A stretch of DNA of 55,598 nucleotides from a virus, in the IMG/VR virus record IMGVR_UViG_3300017433_000001, positions 1 to 55,598 of that record; one strand, given 5' to 3'. The notes below the pieces were generated by a model that worked only from the letters and a program-made list of their open reading frames with translations, made no database searches and was not told the DNA's origin. Both the position numbers and the translations under genes were made by a program. This document shows positions 1-8,744 of this stretch, one piece after another (position 1 is the stretch's first letter; every line of letters starts with the position of its first letter).

Positions 1-123
1 GCGCGATGATCGGTCCGAGTACGAAAAACTCCCCAAACGCGTTCGCTCCGTCATTGAGCATTGTCGAAACGGCAAGACTCTTTGTCGTGGGTATAGGCCG
101 CGCGCCATCGGCGAAGAGGCTGA
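1..123. repeat. Terminal direct repeat, copy 1 (circular-closure overlap or terminal redundancy)
   Basis: Bases 1-123 (gcgcgatgatcggtccgag...gcgaagaggctga) recur as the last 123 nt of the window, 55476-55598. Confidence 0.9.
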
Positions 124-274
124 CGTAGTAACATTCTGGTTCGAGCCAGGTGGCCGTCCAGCGCCGCCCGCATCATCATCGGAGGCAATCCGAAAAGGTT
201 ATCTGCGTCCGCTCGATGCGGGTCTGTTCGGTGATGGCAACGCCCAGAGCTACGGGGCGGTCGATCATGGATGA
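1..274 (+). CDS. Hypothetical protein, 3' part of a 93-aa ORF that starts at 55468 and crosses the circular junction
   Basis: Open frame from base 2 to TGA at 272-274. It joins in frame to ATG 55468 through the repeat. Its stop overlaps the next start (ATGGATGA). Confidence 0.45.
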   Translation, partial: RDDRSEYEKLPKRVRSVIEHCRNGKTLCRGYRPRAIGEEADVVTFWFEPGGRPAPPASSSEAIRKGYLRPLDAGLFGDGNAQSYGAVDHG

Positions 275-533
275 CCCCGACTTCACCGGCATGGGGCCGT
301 TCGCGGACGACCTCAATGCAGACAGGCGCGGCAAGCTTGCGCTTCGTTTAACCAAAGCCTGTCGGATCGTGCCCGCCGCAGAGCCTGCGGCTCTGGCCCT
401 CGGAAGCTTGTTCGACCCGGAAAAGCGCCGGGAGGCCATGCAGGTTCTGAACGGCCTATCGCCCGTCCTGCGGCGGCACATCATGGCGCGATATCAAAGC
501 CTGTCGCGCCTGTCCGGAGACGGGCCATGCTGA
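267..533 (+). CDS. Hypothetical protein (88 aa)
   Basis: ATG at 267 (M40 of track ORF 150..533) overlaps the upstream stop. Its own stop overlaps the helicase start at 527. Confidence 0.55.
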   Translation: MDDPDFTGMGPFADDLNADRRGKLALRLTKACRIVPAAEPAALALGSLFDPEKRREAMQVLNGLSPVLRRHIMARYQSLSRLSGDGPC

Positions 534-2137
534 CGCTCCGACCCTACCAGCGCGCGGCCCTCGACGCCCTCTACGCCCACTTCAAGGACGGCGGTCAGAA
601 CGGCCTCATCGTGCTGCCTACGGGTGCGGGCAAGGCGCTGGTGATCGCGGCGCTCATCGCTGAAATCTCCGGCTGGTATCCGGACAAGCGCATCGCGGTC
701 GTCACCCACTCCCGTGAGCTGGTCGCCCAAAACTATGCCGAACTCAAGGGTTACTGGCCGGCCGCACCCGCGGGCATCTACTCGGCGGGTTTGGGCCGGA
801 AGGACACGCGGTCCAAGATCCTGTTCTGCGGGATCGCGTCGGTCCACAACAAGACCCGGCTGCTCGGCGCGTTTGATTTCGTCATCGTGGATGAGTGCCA
901 CCTCATCCCCCGCAACCGAGATACGTTCTACGGCCGGTTCTTGCGCGACCAAGCTGGCGCTCGCCTCATCGGCCTCACCGCCACCCCGTTCCGCCTGGAC
1001 AGCGGTCGGTTGAACACGGGCGAAGACGCCATGTTCGAGGCCGTGGTCTACGACGCTAACGTCCGCGATCTCATCGACCAGGGCTACCTGTCGCCCCTGG
1101 TGTCGAAGGCGACGGCACTAAAACTGGACGTCAAGAATGTCGCCAAGCGGGGCGGCGACTATGTGCCGGGTCAACTGGCGGCAGCGGTCGATCAGGAAGC
1201 CATCACCCGCGAGGCCGTGGCAGAGGTGGTCGAGCGCGGCGCGGATCGCAGGGCTTGGCTGGCGTTCTGTTGTTCGGTTGAGCACGCGATCCACGTCCGC
1301 GATGCCATCCGTGCCCACGGCATCACCTGTGAGACCGTGACAGGCGAGACACCGTCCGGCGAGCGGGACCGGATCATCCGCGACTTCAAGGCGGGCCGCA
1401 TCCGATGCCTCACGTCCATGGCGGTGCTCACCACCGGGTTTAACGTGCCGGCTGTGGACATGCTGGCCCTATTGCGCCCCACAAAATCAGCGGGCCTCTA
1501 CATCCAGATGGTCGGCCGGGCCATGCGCAACGCGCCCGGCAAGGCAAACGCCCTGGTGCTGGATTTCGCAGGGTGCGTCCGGGAGCACGGCCCCATCGAC
1601 TGCGTGTCGATTCGGGAGCCGGGCGCCAAGGCTGGGATCGCGCCCACGAAGGAGTGCGAGCACTGCCACAGCTACATGCCGATCTCGGCCGTGGAATGCG
1701 CGGATTGCGGCACGGCGTTCCCGGTCATTGAGCGCGGACCGCGTGAAATCAAGATCGAGCGCGAGGCCGACGCCATGAGCCTGATCCTATCGACCGAACC
1801 ACCCTTGGCCCTGGCCGTGAAGTCGTGGCGGTTTCGAGTTCATGAGAAGACTGTGGACGACAAGGTGTCCCGCACCCTGCGCGTCGATTTCTTCTGCGGC
1901 CTGACCAACCCGTCCATCTGGCTTTGCCCCGAGCATCGCGGCGCGATGCGTCACAAGGCCGAGCGGTGGTGGAAGATGGTCGGCGGCGACGAGATGCCAG
2001 CGACGGTCGCGGAGTGCGTGGCGCAGTCGGCATTTCTGGAGCGGCCGACGCACATCAAGACCCGGCCGAACGGCAAGTACACCGACGTGGTCGGGTATGA
2101 GTTTGCGCCTGCGGACATGCTGGTGGGGGCGGCATGA
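527..2137 (+). CDS. Superfamily-2 DEAD/DEAH-box DNA helicase with C-terminal zinc ribbon
   Basis: LRPYQ, Walker A PTGAGK, motif II VIVDECH, GLTATPFR and QMVGRAMR. CEHC..CADC zinc ribbon near the C-terminus. Confidence 0.9.
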   Translation: MLTLRPYQRAALDALYAHFKDGGQNGLIVLPTGAGKALVIAALIAEISGWYPDKRIAVVTHSRELVAQNYAELKGYWPAAPAGIYSAGLGRKDTRSKILFCGIASVHNKTRLLGAFDFVIVDECHLIPRNRDTFYGRFLRDQAGARLIGLTATPFRLDSGRLNTGEDAMFEAVVYDANVRDLIDQGYLSPLVSKATALKLDVKNVAKRGGDYVPGQLAAAVDQEAITREAVAEVVERGADRRAWLAFCCSVEHAIHVRDAIRAHGITCETVTGETPSGERDRIIRDFKAGRIRCLTSMAVLTTGFNVPAVDMLALLRPTKSAGLYIQMVGRAMRNAPGKANALVLDFAGCVREHGPIDCVSIREPGAKAGIAPTKECEHCHSYMPISAVECADCGTAFPVIERGPREIKIEREADAMSLILSTEPPLALAVKSWRFRVHEKTVDDKVSRTLRVDFFCGLTNPSIWLCPEHRGAMRHKAERWWKMVGGDEMPATVAECVAQSAFLERPTHIKTRPNGKYTDVVGYEFAPADMLVGAA

Positions 2138-2469
2138 CCCGCCCCTTCGACAACTCCGGCGCCTGCTTTGTCTGCCGTCGCTCCGCGACGGGCTTCGGCG
2201 TCCACCGTGGCGACCGCGTCGGGTGGATGTGCCTCGAATGTCGCGACTCTCACGCAGGAAGGATCGCCATCTCCATGACCGAACCCGCCTTCGACCAATA
2301 CGAGCGCGACGCGCTTGTCCACGCCGGCAATGACGGCGGCTCGTTTCTGGATAGCCTCGGCATCACCGACCTCTCACAACTGCCGCCCGAGCACTACCAC
2401 CGCTTTCTGGAGATCGTCGTGAACAGCTTCGGAGAAGCCATGCGTCACAGCCTGAAGGATGCGGCATGA
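2134..2469 (+). CDS. Hypothetical protein with CxxC...CxxC zinc-binding motif
   Basis: ATGA overlap with the helicase stop. CFVCRR...CLEC motif. Confidence 0.7.
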   Translation: MTRPFDNSGACFVCRRSATGFGVHRGDRVGWMCLECRDSHAGRIAISMTEPAFDQYERDALVHAGNDGGSFLDSLGITDLSQLPPEHYHRFLEIVVNSFGEAMRHSLKDAA

Positions 2470-2723
2470 CCGAGATCATCGAACGCGTCGCCGACGTACT
2501 CCAATCTGCCACGGCGCTCGACCGTCCGGAAGCGATAACCCTGGCGCGCCGTACAATTAGCGCCATGCGCGAGCCAGACCGGGTCGTGGTCAAGGCCATG
2601 TGCCGGTCGCTTTACCCAGAATGCCGGCCCATGCCGGATCGGGTTGGAGCATCCGAAAAACACCGCATCCGGTGGCGGGCTGCCATCGACCGCATCGTTC
2701 GCGAGCCGGAGACCGTCGCATGA
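2466..2723 (+). CDS. Hypothetical protein (85 aa)
   Basis: ATGA overlaps on both sides. Protein-like composition. Confidence 0.65.
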   Translation: MTEIIERVADVLQSATALDRPEAITLARRTISAMREPDRVVVKAMCRSLYPECRPMPDRVGASEKHRIRWRAAIDRIVREPETVA

Positions 2724-5014
2724 GCACCACTCTCCCGTGGATCTTCGACCCCGCGATCCATCAGGTTCTCTCGAACGTCTCCGTGGCCCTGGATCTGGCG
2801 CAATCGGGCGTGGCGGTGTTTCCGTGCCAATCGGACAAGAGGCCGTTCCCTGGCCTATTCTGGCGCAAGCAGAGCACCACCGACACGCAGACCATCGAGC
2901 GGTGGTGGGAGCGGTGGCCCGACGCCATTCCGGCCATCGATCTCGCCAAGTCCGACTTCCTCGTCATCGACTGCGACGGCGCGGTGGGGATTGAGGACTG
3001 GCGGAAAGTTACAGACGGTCGCGCGCCCAACGCGCCCACCATTTCGACGCCGAATGCCGGGCAGCACGTCTATTTCCGGCGCGGCGGACGCCCTCTCGGA
3101 AACTCCACAGGCGGCCTGCCGGCCAAGCGAGACGGGGGCGGGCTCGATGTTCGCGGAGCCGGGGGCTACGTCATCGCCCCGTGCGCCACCCTGATCGATG
3201 GCCGGCGCTACGAGCCGAGCGAGATCAGCATCCACCACGCGGACGAAGCTCCGGACTGGCTGATCACGATCCTGGAAGGCCATCGCGAATTCGCCGTCAC
3301 GGTCACGCCGGGCGCCCCCGTTTCCGACGAGCGCAAGCGCGCCTACGGCGAGCGGGCTTTGCTGGAGGAAATGGCGACGCTGGCCCAGGCCGGTCCCGGT
3401 ACCCGGTCGAACGAGGCCAACCGCATCGCCTTCCGGATCGGCCAGCTCGTCGGGGGCGGCTGTCTGACGGAAGCGGAGGCGTACAGCCACCTACACAACG
3501 CGGCGGCGTCCTGGGGCATCCCAGCCAACGACAAGGCCCTGGGGCCGCGTGGGACGATTGCACGGGCCATCCGCGACGGCGCCCGCTCCCCGCGCTTCTG
3601 TCCGGACGATCTTCCCGAACCCGAGGTCGACGCCTACGCCCGCGCCTTACTGACGCCGAAACCCATTCACGTCGACGAAGACGGCGTCCTATTAGACGAA
3701 ACGGGTCAGCCACTCCGGCCCGTCGTGATCCCCGGTCAATTCGACTACCCGGACCACAAGCTCCAGGTCGGCGGTCTCGTCGGGGAGATCGCCGAATGGA
3801 TCATGCGGACCGCTATGTTTCCATGCCGGCTGTTTGCCGTTTCGGCCGCGCTGGCGGCGGTCGGCACCGTCGTCGGGCGACAGGTCTACACGGGCGTCCC
3901 ACGGGCCGGGACGGCGCTGTATTGGCTCACCATCGCGCCGACCGCAGGCGGCAAGGACCGGCCGCAGGAGGCGATCAAGCAGGCCCTGCAAGCCGCCGAT
4001 CTCGGCCACCTCGTGCGGACGTCGGTGTCGTCATCGGCCAAGCTCGGCCTGTCGCTGTTCGAGCAGCCCGTCCAGTGCCAGGTGATCGACGAGGTCGGCA
4101 AGGTGCTGCGCAAGTTCGTGTCGCGCAACGCCACGAGCCAGGAGATGAGCCTGCTGGACGACTATTGCTCGATCTGGGGGAAGAACCTCGGTTCGTTCGA
4201 GCCGGAGGGTGTCACCACCCGCGCCGATGTCTCTATTCGCCAGCCCTCACTCACGTTCTACGGCGCCACGACGCCGGTCAATTTTTACGAGCAGCTTCGG
4301 GCCGCCCAGGTCGCGGGTGGCTTCCTCAACCGCTTCCTCGTGATGCAGCGACACCAGCGCGTGCCGGAGAACCCCGCGATCCAGCCCGAAGACGGCGTGC
4401 CGGATATCATTGTGGATGGCCTGAGACGGCTGCACACGTGGCAGGACTGCGTCGCCGGCCGCCCATCGGATCAGGTGAAGGACGCGGCCATGCCGCCACT
4501 ACCGGTGGTGATCCCGGAGAGCGACGAGGCCGCTGCGCGGCTGGCTGAATGCCGCGCGAAGGCGCGTGAGATGATCGTGCGATCCGACGAGGAACCTATC
4601 CTGGAGGTCTACGCTCGCTCGGCCGAGATGGTGAAGCGCATGGCCCTGATCCTGGCCTGCGGCCGGCACTGGCGGGACATGAGCCGCTGCCGGATCGAGG
4701 CGTGCGATGTCGACTACGCCGCCGGGCTGGTCAATTGGTCCATGGACAGCTTCGTCCGGGGGCTGGGGCTCTACATGGCCGAGAACGAGCAACAGGGAAA
4801 TCAGAAGCGCGTCCTGGCGATCATACGAGCCGCCAAGGGCGGGTGCTGCACCCGGAATGAGCTTTACCGCAAGATCGACGGCAAGCTGACCGGCCGGGAG
4901 ATCCAGGCGATTATGGTGTCTCTGGTCGAGGCGGATTGGGTGGAGGTCGTGGTCGAGAAGCCTCCGGTCGGGTCGAAGGGAGGTCGGCCAAAAACGCTCT
5001 ATCGAGCAACATAG
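2720..5014 (+). CDS. Bifunctional primase-polymerase (Prim-Pol N-domain, PriCT-like middle, DUF3987-like C-terminal region)
   Basis: ATG 2720 (M41 of ORF 2600..5014) overlaps the upstream stop. Motifs: VAVFPCQSDKRP, LVIDCDG, GQHVYF and GGYVIAP. RSNEANRIAFRIGQLV resembles PriCT. Confidence 0.85.
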   Translation: MSTTLPWIFDPAIHQVLSNVSVALDLAQSGVAVFPCQSDKRPFPGLFWRKQSTTDTQTIERWWERWPDAIPAIDLAKSDFLVIDCDGAVGIEDWRKVTDGRAPNAPTISTPNAGQHVYFRRGGRPLGNSTGGLPAKRDGGGLDVRGAGGYVIAPCATLIDGRRYEPSEISIHHADEAPDWLITILEGHREFAVTVTPGAPVSDERKRAYGERALLEEMATLAQAGPGTRSNEANRIAFRIGQLVGGGCLTEAEAYSHLHNAAASWGIPANDKALGPRGTIARAIRDGARSPRFCPDDLPEPEVDAYARALLTPKPIHVDEDGVLLDETGQPLRPVVIPGQFDYPDHKLQVGGLVGEIAEWIMRTAMFPCRLFAVSAALAAVGTVVGRQVYTGVPRAGTALYWLTIAPTAGGKDRPQEAIKQALQAADLGHLVRTSVSSSAKLGLSLFEQPVQCQVIDEVGKVLRKFVSRNATSQEMSLLDDYCSIWGKNLGSFEPEGVTTRADVSIRQPSLTFYGATTPVNFYEQLRAAQVAGGFLNRFLVMQRHQRVPENPAIQPEDGVPDIIVDGLRRLHTWQDCVAGRPSDQVKDAAMPPLPVVIPESDEAAARLAECRAKAREMIVRSDEEPILEVYARSAEMVKRMALILACGRHWRDMSRCRIEACDVDYAAGLVNWSMDSFVRGLGLYMAENEQQGNQKRVLAIIRAAKGGCCTRNELYRKIDGKLTGREIQAIMVSLVEADWVEVVVEKPPVGSKGGRPKTLYRAT

Positions 5015-5022
5015 GCCCTTAG

Positions 5023-5046
5023 AACCCCGCTTCGGCGGGGTTTTTT
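5023..5046 (+). terminator. Rho-independent terminator closing the early/replication operon
   Basis: aaccccgc-ttcg-gcggggtt stem-loop followed by tttttt, starting 9 nt after the primase stop. Confidence 0.8.
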
Positions 5047-5116
5047 GTGCGCCCTTTTCGACCGGCAGGTAATGACGGAATTTCGTTTCGACGGGCGCTT
5101 CTGAATGGTCAAGCTT

Positions 5117-5296
5117 GGTTACGACCCCCCATTAAAACGGGTGCGACAAACCGTCAAAACCTACGAAGCCATCCTATTGATATATATAATAAAAAAACAT
5201 TTTTTTTATATTATAACGGTTATGGATGGTATGGTGTGTGTCTCTCTCTTTTTTCTCTCTTTTTTGCTCACTTACCTATAGGGGGGGGTCGTAACC
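5117..5296. repeat. AT-rich island bracketed by a perfect 14-bp inverted repeat (candidate origin/DUE, leader RNA element or foreign insert)
   Basis: GGTTACGACCCCCC at 5117-5130 and GGGGGGTCGTAACC at 5283-5296. The interior includes 36 nt with a single C (5181-5216) and a 25-nt pure pyrimidine run (5241-5265). Confidence 0.6.
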
Positions 5297-5454
5297 CCAA
5301 AACCCCTAATCCCCTGCGGATAGCCCCGAGCGGCCAGCCCCTATCCGGGCCGCGCCATGTTATACCGATACGTCTTCGGCATGGGCCTGTGCCGGTGACA
5401 TCTGGTCCCGACGACGCGGCGCCTGGCGGCCGGCGTCTCAGTCAGGAGCTGTCG

Positions 5455-5982
5455 ATGCCTTCGACCGAGAACGACAACGACATCCGCATTTGGATCGCCG
5501 CGTACACCGCGCCCAATTCCGAGATCGCGGTTCGCGATGCGATCACCGCCCTCGGCTACCCCGTCCTCCTTCCGACCGGCATGGTCGAGATGATGCACGC
5601 CCGCCGGAAGATGATGGTCGACCGGCCGGTCTTCCCCCGATACGTCTTCGTCGGGGTGCCGCATGGCCGGTCCTGGTATCCGCTCAAATCGGTCACAGGG
5701 GTCTCTGGAGTGCTTTCCTCGAACTCCGAGCCACAATCCCTCAACCCGCGCGCCGTGGCCCTTCTACGGGCCGCTATGGAGGCCGACGCCTTCACCGAGG
5801 AAAAGGCCGTGCCGTTCAAGGCCGGTGACAAGGTCGAGGTGCTGATCGGCCAGACGCCGGTCGAGGCGTTTGTCGAGAGCGTCACGCGCCTCCTTCCGGC
5901 TCAGCGCATCGACGTGATGTTCAAAATGTTCGGCAAGGAACACAGGCGCTCTGTGCCTGTTGACCAACTGCGCGCGGCGTAG
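5455..5982 (+). CDS. NusG/RfaH-like transcription antitermination factor (NGN + KOW)
   Basis: ATG 5455 sits after aggag. NGN pattern: W..A.T....E..V...L..LG..., RPVFPRYVFV, GVSGVL. KOW-like FKAGDKVEVLIG. First gene of the late block. Confidence 0.8.
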   Translation: MPSTENDNDIRIWIAAYTAPNSEIAVRDAITALGYPVLLPTGMVEMMHARRKMMVDRPVFPRYVFVGVPHGRSWYPLKSVTGVSGVLSSNSEPQSLNPRAVALLRAAMEADAFTEEKAVPFKAGDKVEVLIGQTPVEAFVESVTRLLPAQRIDVMFKMFGKEHRRSVPVDQLRAA

Positions 5983-6010
5983 TAAGCAAATCCATCTGCG
6001 GAGCAGTTGT

Positions 6011-6026
6011 GTTGCAAAATTGCAAC
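6011..6026. promoter_or_regulatory. Inverted repeat GTTGCAA-aa-TTGCAAC in the leader downstream of the NusG-like gene
   Basis: Perfect 7-bp arms with a 2-nt spacer, 29 nt after the NusG-like stop. Function unknown. Confidence 0.3.
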
Positions 6027-6288
6027 CACCTGTTCCGCGTGAGCCGTGGAGCAACGCTCCGGCAACCTTCTCAAAAGTTTCGCCGCCACGCAGCACACGA
6101 GTTCGATGCGGCAGGGGATGAACGAAAACCCTGCGGTATCTGGCGTAGGCGGCTCCTGAACCTTCGGTCAGTCCAGGGCCTGCGGACCAGAGTGGCACTA
6201 TGCACCAAGCCGCTTCGCCATCGGCTGTTGGGAATGAACCCAACCCGCATCGATCATTTCCACCCTGCCTGGATCGCAAGGAGAGGTG

Positions 6289-6507
6289 ATGAGCCCCAAG
6301 GTCTGGAAAGCTCGTCAGGCTCAGCCGATCGAAGAGCTGAGGCGCAAGGCTGACAAGGCCTGTCGTCGCGCCAACATCTGGACGGTTGAGGAACTGGACT
6401 ACGCCAAGGCGCATGGCCGGCTGATGGCCGCCTCGCTTGCCGAGATCTTCCGAAGTGCTCCCGCCCGCCCCAAACCCTCATCCGACCGTATGGCGGTGGG
6501 GGAGTAG
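6289..6507 (+). CDS. Hypothetical protein (72 aa)
   Basis: aaggagagg box ahead of ATG 6289 (GTG 6286 is an alternative). Charged, protein-like sequence. Confidence 0.6.
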   Translation: MSPKVWKARQAQPIEELRRKADKACRRANIWTVEELDYAKAHGRLMAASLAEIFRSAPARPKPSSDRMAVGE

Positions 6508-6510
6508 GGA

Positions 6511-6720
6511 TCAGTTTAACGGTTTTGAGTGCGCTCGGTCATAGGCGTCTTTGTAAAGACGATTCAGCATCGAGATCAGGGATGGCAAAACGTTTTGCCT
6601 ACATGTGATCGTTACCTCGTTTCCGTCCTTGTCGCTTAAGGAAAACTGAGCATCGCCGTCCGAGTCAATGACCTTGGGGGCGTAGATTTGATCAATGCGC
6701 AGTTCGGTCTTGGTGGGCAT
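6511..6720 (-). CDS. Hypothetical protein (69 aa), antisense moron inside the late operon
   Basis: ATG at 6720 preceded by aaaggaac. Visibly lower GC than its flanks. It is the only minus-strand gene between 5.4 and 22.8 kb. Confidence 0.55.
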   Translation of the reverse strand: MPTKTELRIDQIYAPKVIDSDGDAQFSLSDKDGNEVTITCRQNVLPSLISMLNRLYKDAYDRAHSKPLN

Positions 6721-6805
6721 CCTAGTTCCTTTCTTGCTCACGGGCAGCCTATCACAAGTGCTGCACCATTCGCATCCGTTGCGCTCCTAGCCGGCACTCA
6801 GAACA

Positions 6806-7105
6806 ATGGCTGAAACTCAAAACCTCAAGCCGTTCGCACCCGGCAAATCCGGCAACCCTGGCGGTCGCCCGAAAATCCCGCAGCATATCCGCGACATGGC
6901 TCGCGCCCTGACCGAGGAAGCCATCGGGACGGCAGCCGAGATCATGCGCAATCCGGCCGAGACCGGGTCGGCGCGGATGGCGGCTGTGAATGCCATCCTC
7001 GACCGTGGCTGGGGCAAGCCGTCTCAGCCGCTCGACGGTGACGGCGAGGGTGGTCCGATCAAGGTGCAAGCCATTGAGTGGCGCGTCGTCCGCCCTTCCG
7101 ATTGA
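6806..7105 (+). CDS. terS: Putative terminase small subunit (DUF5681-like)
   Basis: N-terminal KSGNPGGRPK motif, as recalled for small terminases. Lies immediately upstream of terL. Confidence 0.55.
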   Translation: MAETQNLKPFAPGKSGNPGGRPKIPQHIRDMARALTEEAIGTAAEIMRNPAETGSARMAAVNAILDRGWGKPSQPLDGDGEGGPIKVQAIEWRVVRPSD

Positions 7106-8438
7106 GATTGCCGAGGCGTTCGTTCCGCTTCTGGCACCCAAGCGATACAAGGGCGCGTATGGCGGGCGAGGGTCCGGCAAGTCGCACTTCTTCGGCGAGC
7201 AGCTGATCGCCCGGTGCTTTTCCGGCACGACCCGCGCCGTGTGCATCCGCGAGGTGCAGAACAGCCTCAAGGAGTCGGTCAAGCAGCTTCTCGCCGACAA
7301 GATCAGCAAGCTTGGCGTCGGCGCCTATTTCGAGATCCTTGAGAGCGAGATCCGTGGACCACACGGCTCGCTGATCATCTTCCGAGGGATGCAGAGCTAC
7401 AACGCCGACACGATCAAGTCGCTCGAAGGCTACGACATCGCGTGGGTGGAAGAGGCGCAATCGCTGTCCGCGCACTCGCTGCGGATGCTGCGTCCGACGA
7501 TCCGCAAGCCTGGGTCCGAGCTGTGGTTCTCGTGGAACCCGCGTTTCGATACCGACGCCATCGACAAGCTCGCGCGCGGCCCGAGCCCACCGAGCAATTC
7601 GGTGTTCATCGAGGTCAACTGGTACGACAACCCGTGGTTTCCGGCCGAGCTTCGGGACGAGAAGAACGACGATTACGCCGCTGATCAGGAACAGGCCAAC
7701 CACGTCTGGGGCGGCGGATATCAGGTCGTCACGGAAGGCGCCTACTACGCCAAGATGCTCGGGGAAGCCGAGCGGGCGGGCCGGATCGGCGACTTCCCGT
7801 ATCTGCCGAACGTCCCCGTCAAGACGGCCTGGGACATCGGCGTGGACGACTACACCGCCGTCTGGTTCATGCAGGACGACGGGCGCTCGGCCAGGGCCAT
7901 CGACTATTACGAGGTGAGCGGGGACGGCGCCGAACAGATCGTTCGGGCCTGCATGCCGGAACTGATCCCCGAGCCCGCCGAGCGGCTGGCAGGGCTCGCC
8001 GAGATCGGGCGCGTAAAGCCGTTCACCTACGGCCGGCACTTCCTGCCCCACGACGTGAACGTGCGGGAATGGGGCGGCGGGGCGCGGACGCGGTTTCAGA
8101 CGCTCATGGCGTTGGGCGTCCGTCCGATCCAGGCCGGCGCGCAACAGGGTGCGTCCGAGCGCATCAACGCGGTGCGGCGGGTCCTACCCATCGTATCGTT
8201 CAACAACACCAAGCGGGTGCAGATCGGTCTCTCGCGGCTTCGGCGCTACTCCCGGCGCTGGAACGACCAGATGCAGACCTATCAGACCCCGCTGCACGAC
8301 GAGAACAGCCACGGGGCCGACGCTTTTGGCGAGTGGGCCGTGAACTGCGGCATCCACCCGAAGCCTGCGGCGCCCGCGCCCAAACCCAAGACCGGCTATT
8401 CCTCGGCAACGGCGTCTCAGGGGTCATGGAGGGTTTGA
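7050..8438 (+). CDS. terL: Terminase large subunit (PBSX/Terminase_3-like)
   Basis: Walker A GGRGSGKS and Walker B DIAWVEEA, with a C-terminal nuclease-like half. The start is uncertain: GTG 7050 or TTG 7074, and the track ATG 6990 would overlap terS by 116 nt. Confidence 0.9.
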   Translation: MVRSRCKPLSGASSALPIEIAEAFVPLLAPKRYKGAYGGRGSGKSHFFGEQLIARCFSGTTRAVCIREVQNSLKESVKQLLADKISKLGVGAYFEILESEIRGPHGSLIIFRGMQSYNADTIKSLEGYDIAWVEEAQSLSAHSLRMLRPTIRKPGSELWFSWNPRFDTDAIDKLARGPSPPSNSVFIEVNWYDNPWFPAELRDEKNDDYAADQEQANHVWGGGYQVVTEGAYYAKMLGEAERAGRIGDFPYLPNVPVKTAWDIGVDDYTAVWFMQDDGRSARAIDYYEVSGDGAEQIVRACMPELIPEPAERLAGLAEIGRVKPFTYGRHFLPHDVNVREWGGGARTRFQTLMALGVRPIQAGAQQGASERINAVRRVLPIVSFNNTKRVQIGLSRLRRYSRRWNDQMQTYQTPLHDENSHGADAFGEWAVNCGIHPKPAAPAPKPKTGYSSATASQGSWRV

Positions 8439-8731
8439 TGGGACTGACGGTAAGCACGACGAAGGACGGAGTAACCGTTCATTCCCATACAAGTGCGGGC
8501 TTTCCCGTTGCGACCGACCTCACGCCCTGGGAAGCGATCTGCTTCGCCGAAGAGCTTCGCGGGCGCGCCCAGGCTCATGCGGTGTCGGATGGCGTCGGCA
8601 TCAGCCGCACCGTGATTTCCTCTTCCGATCACGCCCACACTTTTGTTGATCCTTCACCTGCCTACACCCGTGACCCCGAGCCCTTCACGGAGGCCGAGGT
8701 CCAGCGCATCGTGTGTGGTCTGACGCTGTGA
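8438..8731 (+). CDS. Hypothetical protein (97 aa)
   Basis: TGATG overlap with the terL stop, preceded by ggaggg. Confidence 0.6.
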   Translation: MGLTVSTTKDGVTVHSHTSAGFPVATDLTPWEAICFAEELRGRAQAHAVSDGVGISRTVISSSDHAHTFVDPSPAYTRDPEPFTEAEVQRIVCGLTL

Positions 8732-8744
8732 TCGGAGCAAGCTA

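Noticed and set aside
1-123. Treating the 123-bp end repeat as a biological long terminal repeat or transposon end.
   Set aside because: The repeat lies inside a continuous coding series that reads across the junction, and the phage has P22-like headful-type packaging genes. A circular-assembly overlap is the simpler explanation, although physical redundancy is not excluded.
3181-4548. 455-aa plus-strand ORF in an alternative frame of the primase-polymerase gene.
   Set aside because: The translation is extremely Arg/Pro/Gly-rich, whereas the primase frame carries recognisable motifs. It is an off-frame artefact.
5117-5296. Retron msr/msd-like element, suggested by the flanking inverted repeats around a structured non-coding stretch.
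   Set aside because: No reverse transcriptase gene lies nearby or anywhere in the genome. The downstream gene is a NusG paralog.
5047-5454. N-terminal 136 codons of track ORF 5047..5982, which would extend the NusG-like protein through the AT-rich island.
   Set aside because: It starts inside the terminator U-tract. Its translation (IDIYNKKTFFLYYNGYGWYG...) is compositional noise, and a good aggag-ATG start exists at 5455.
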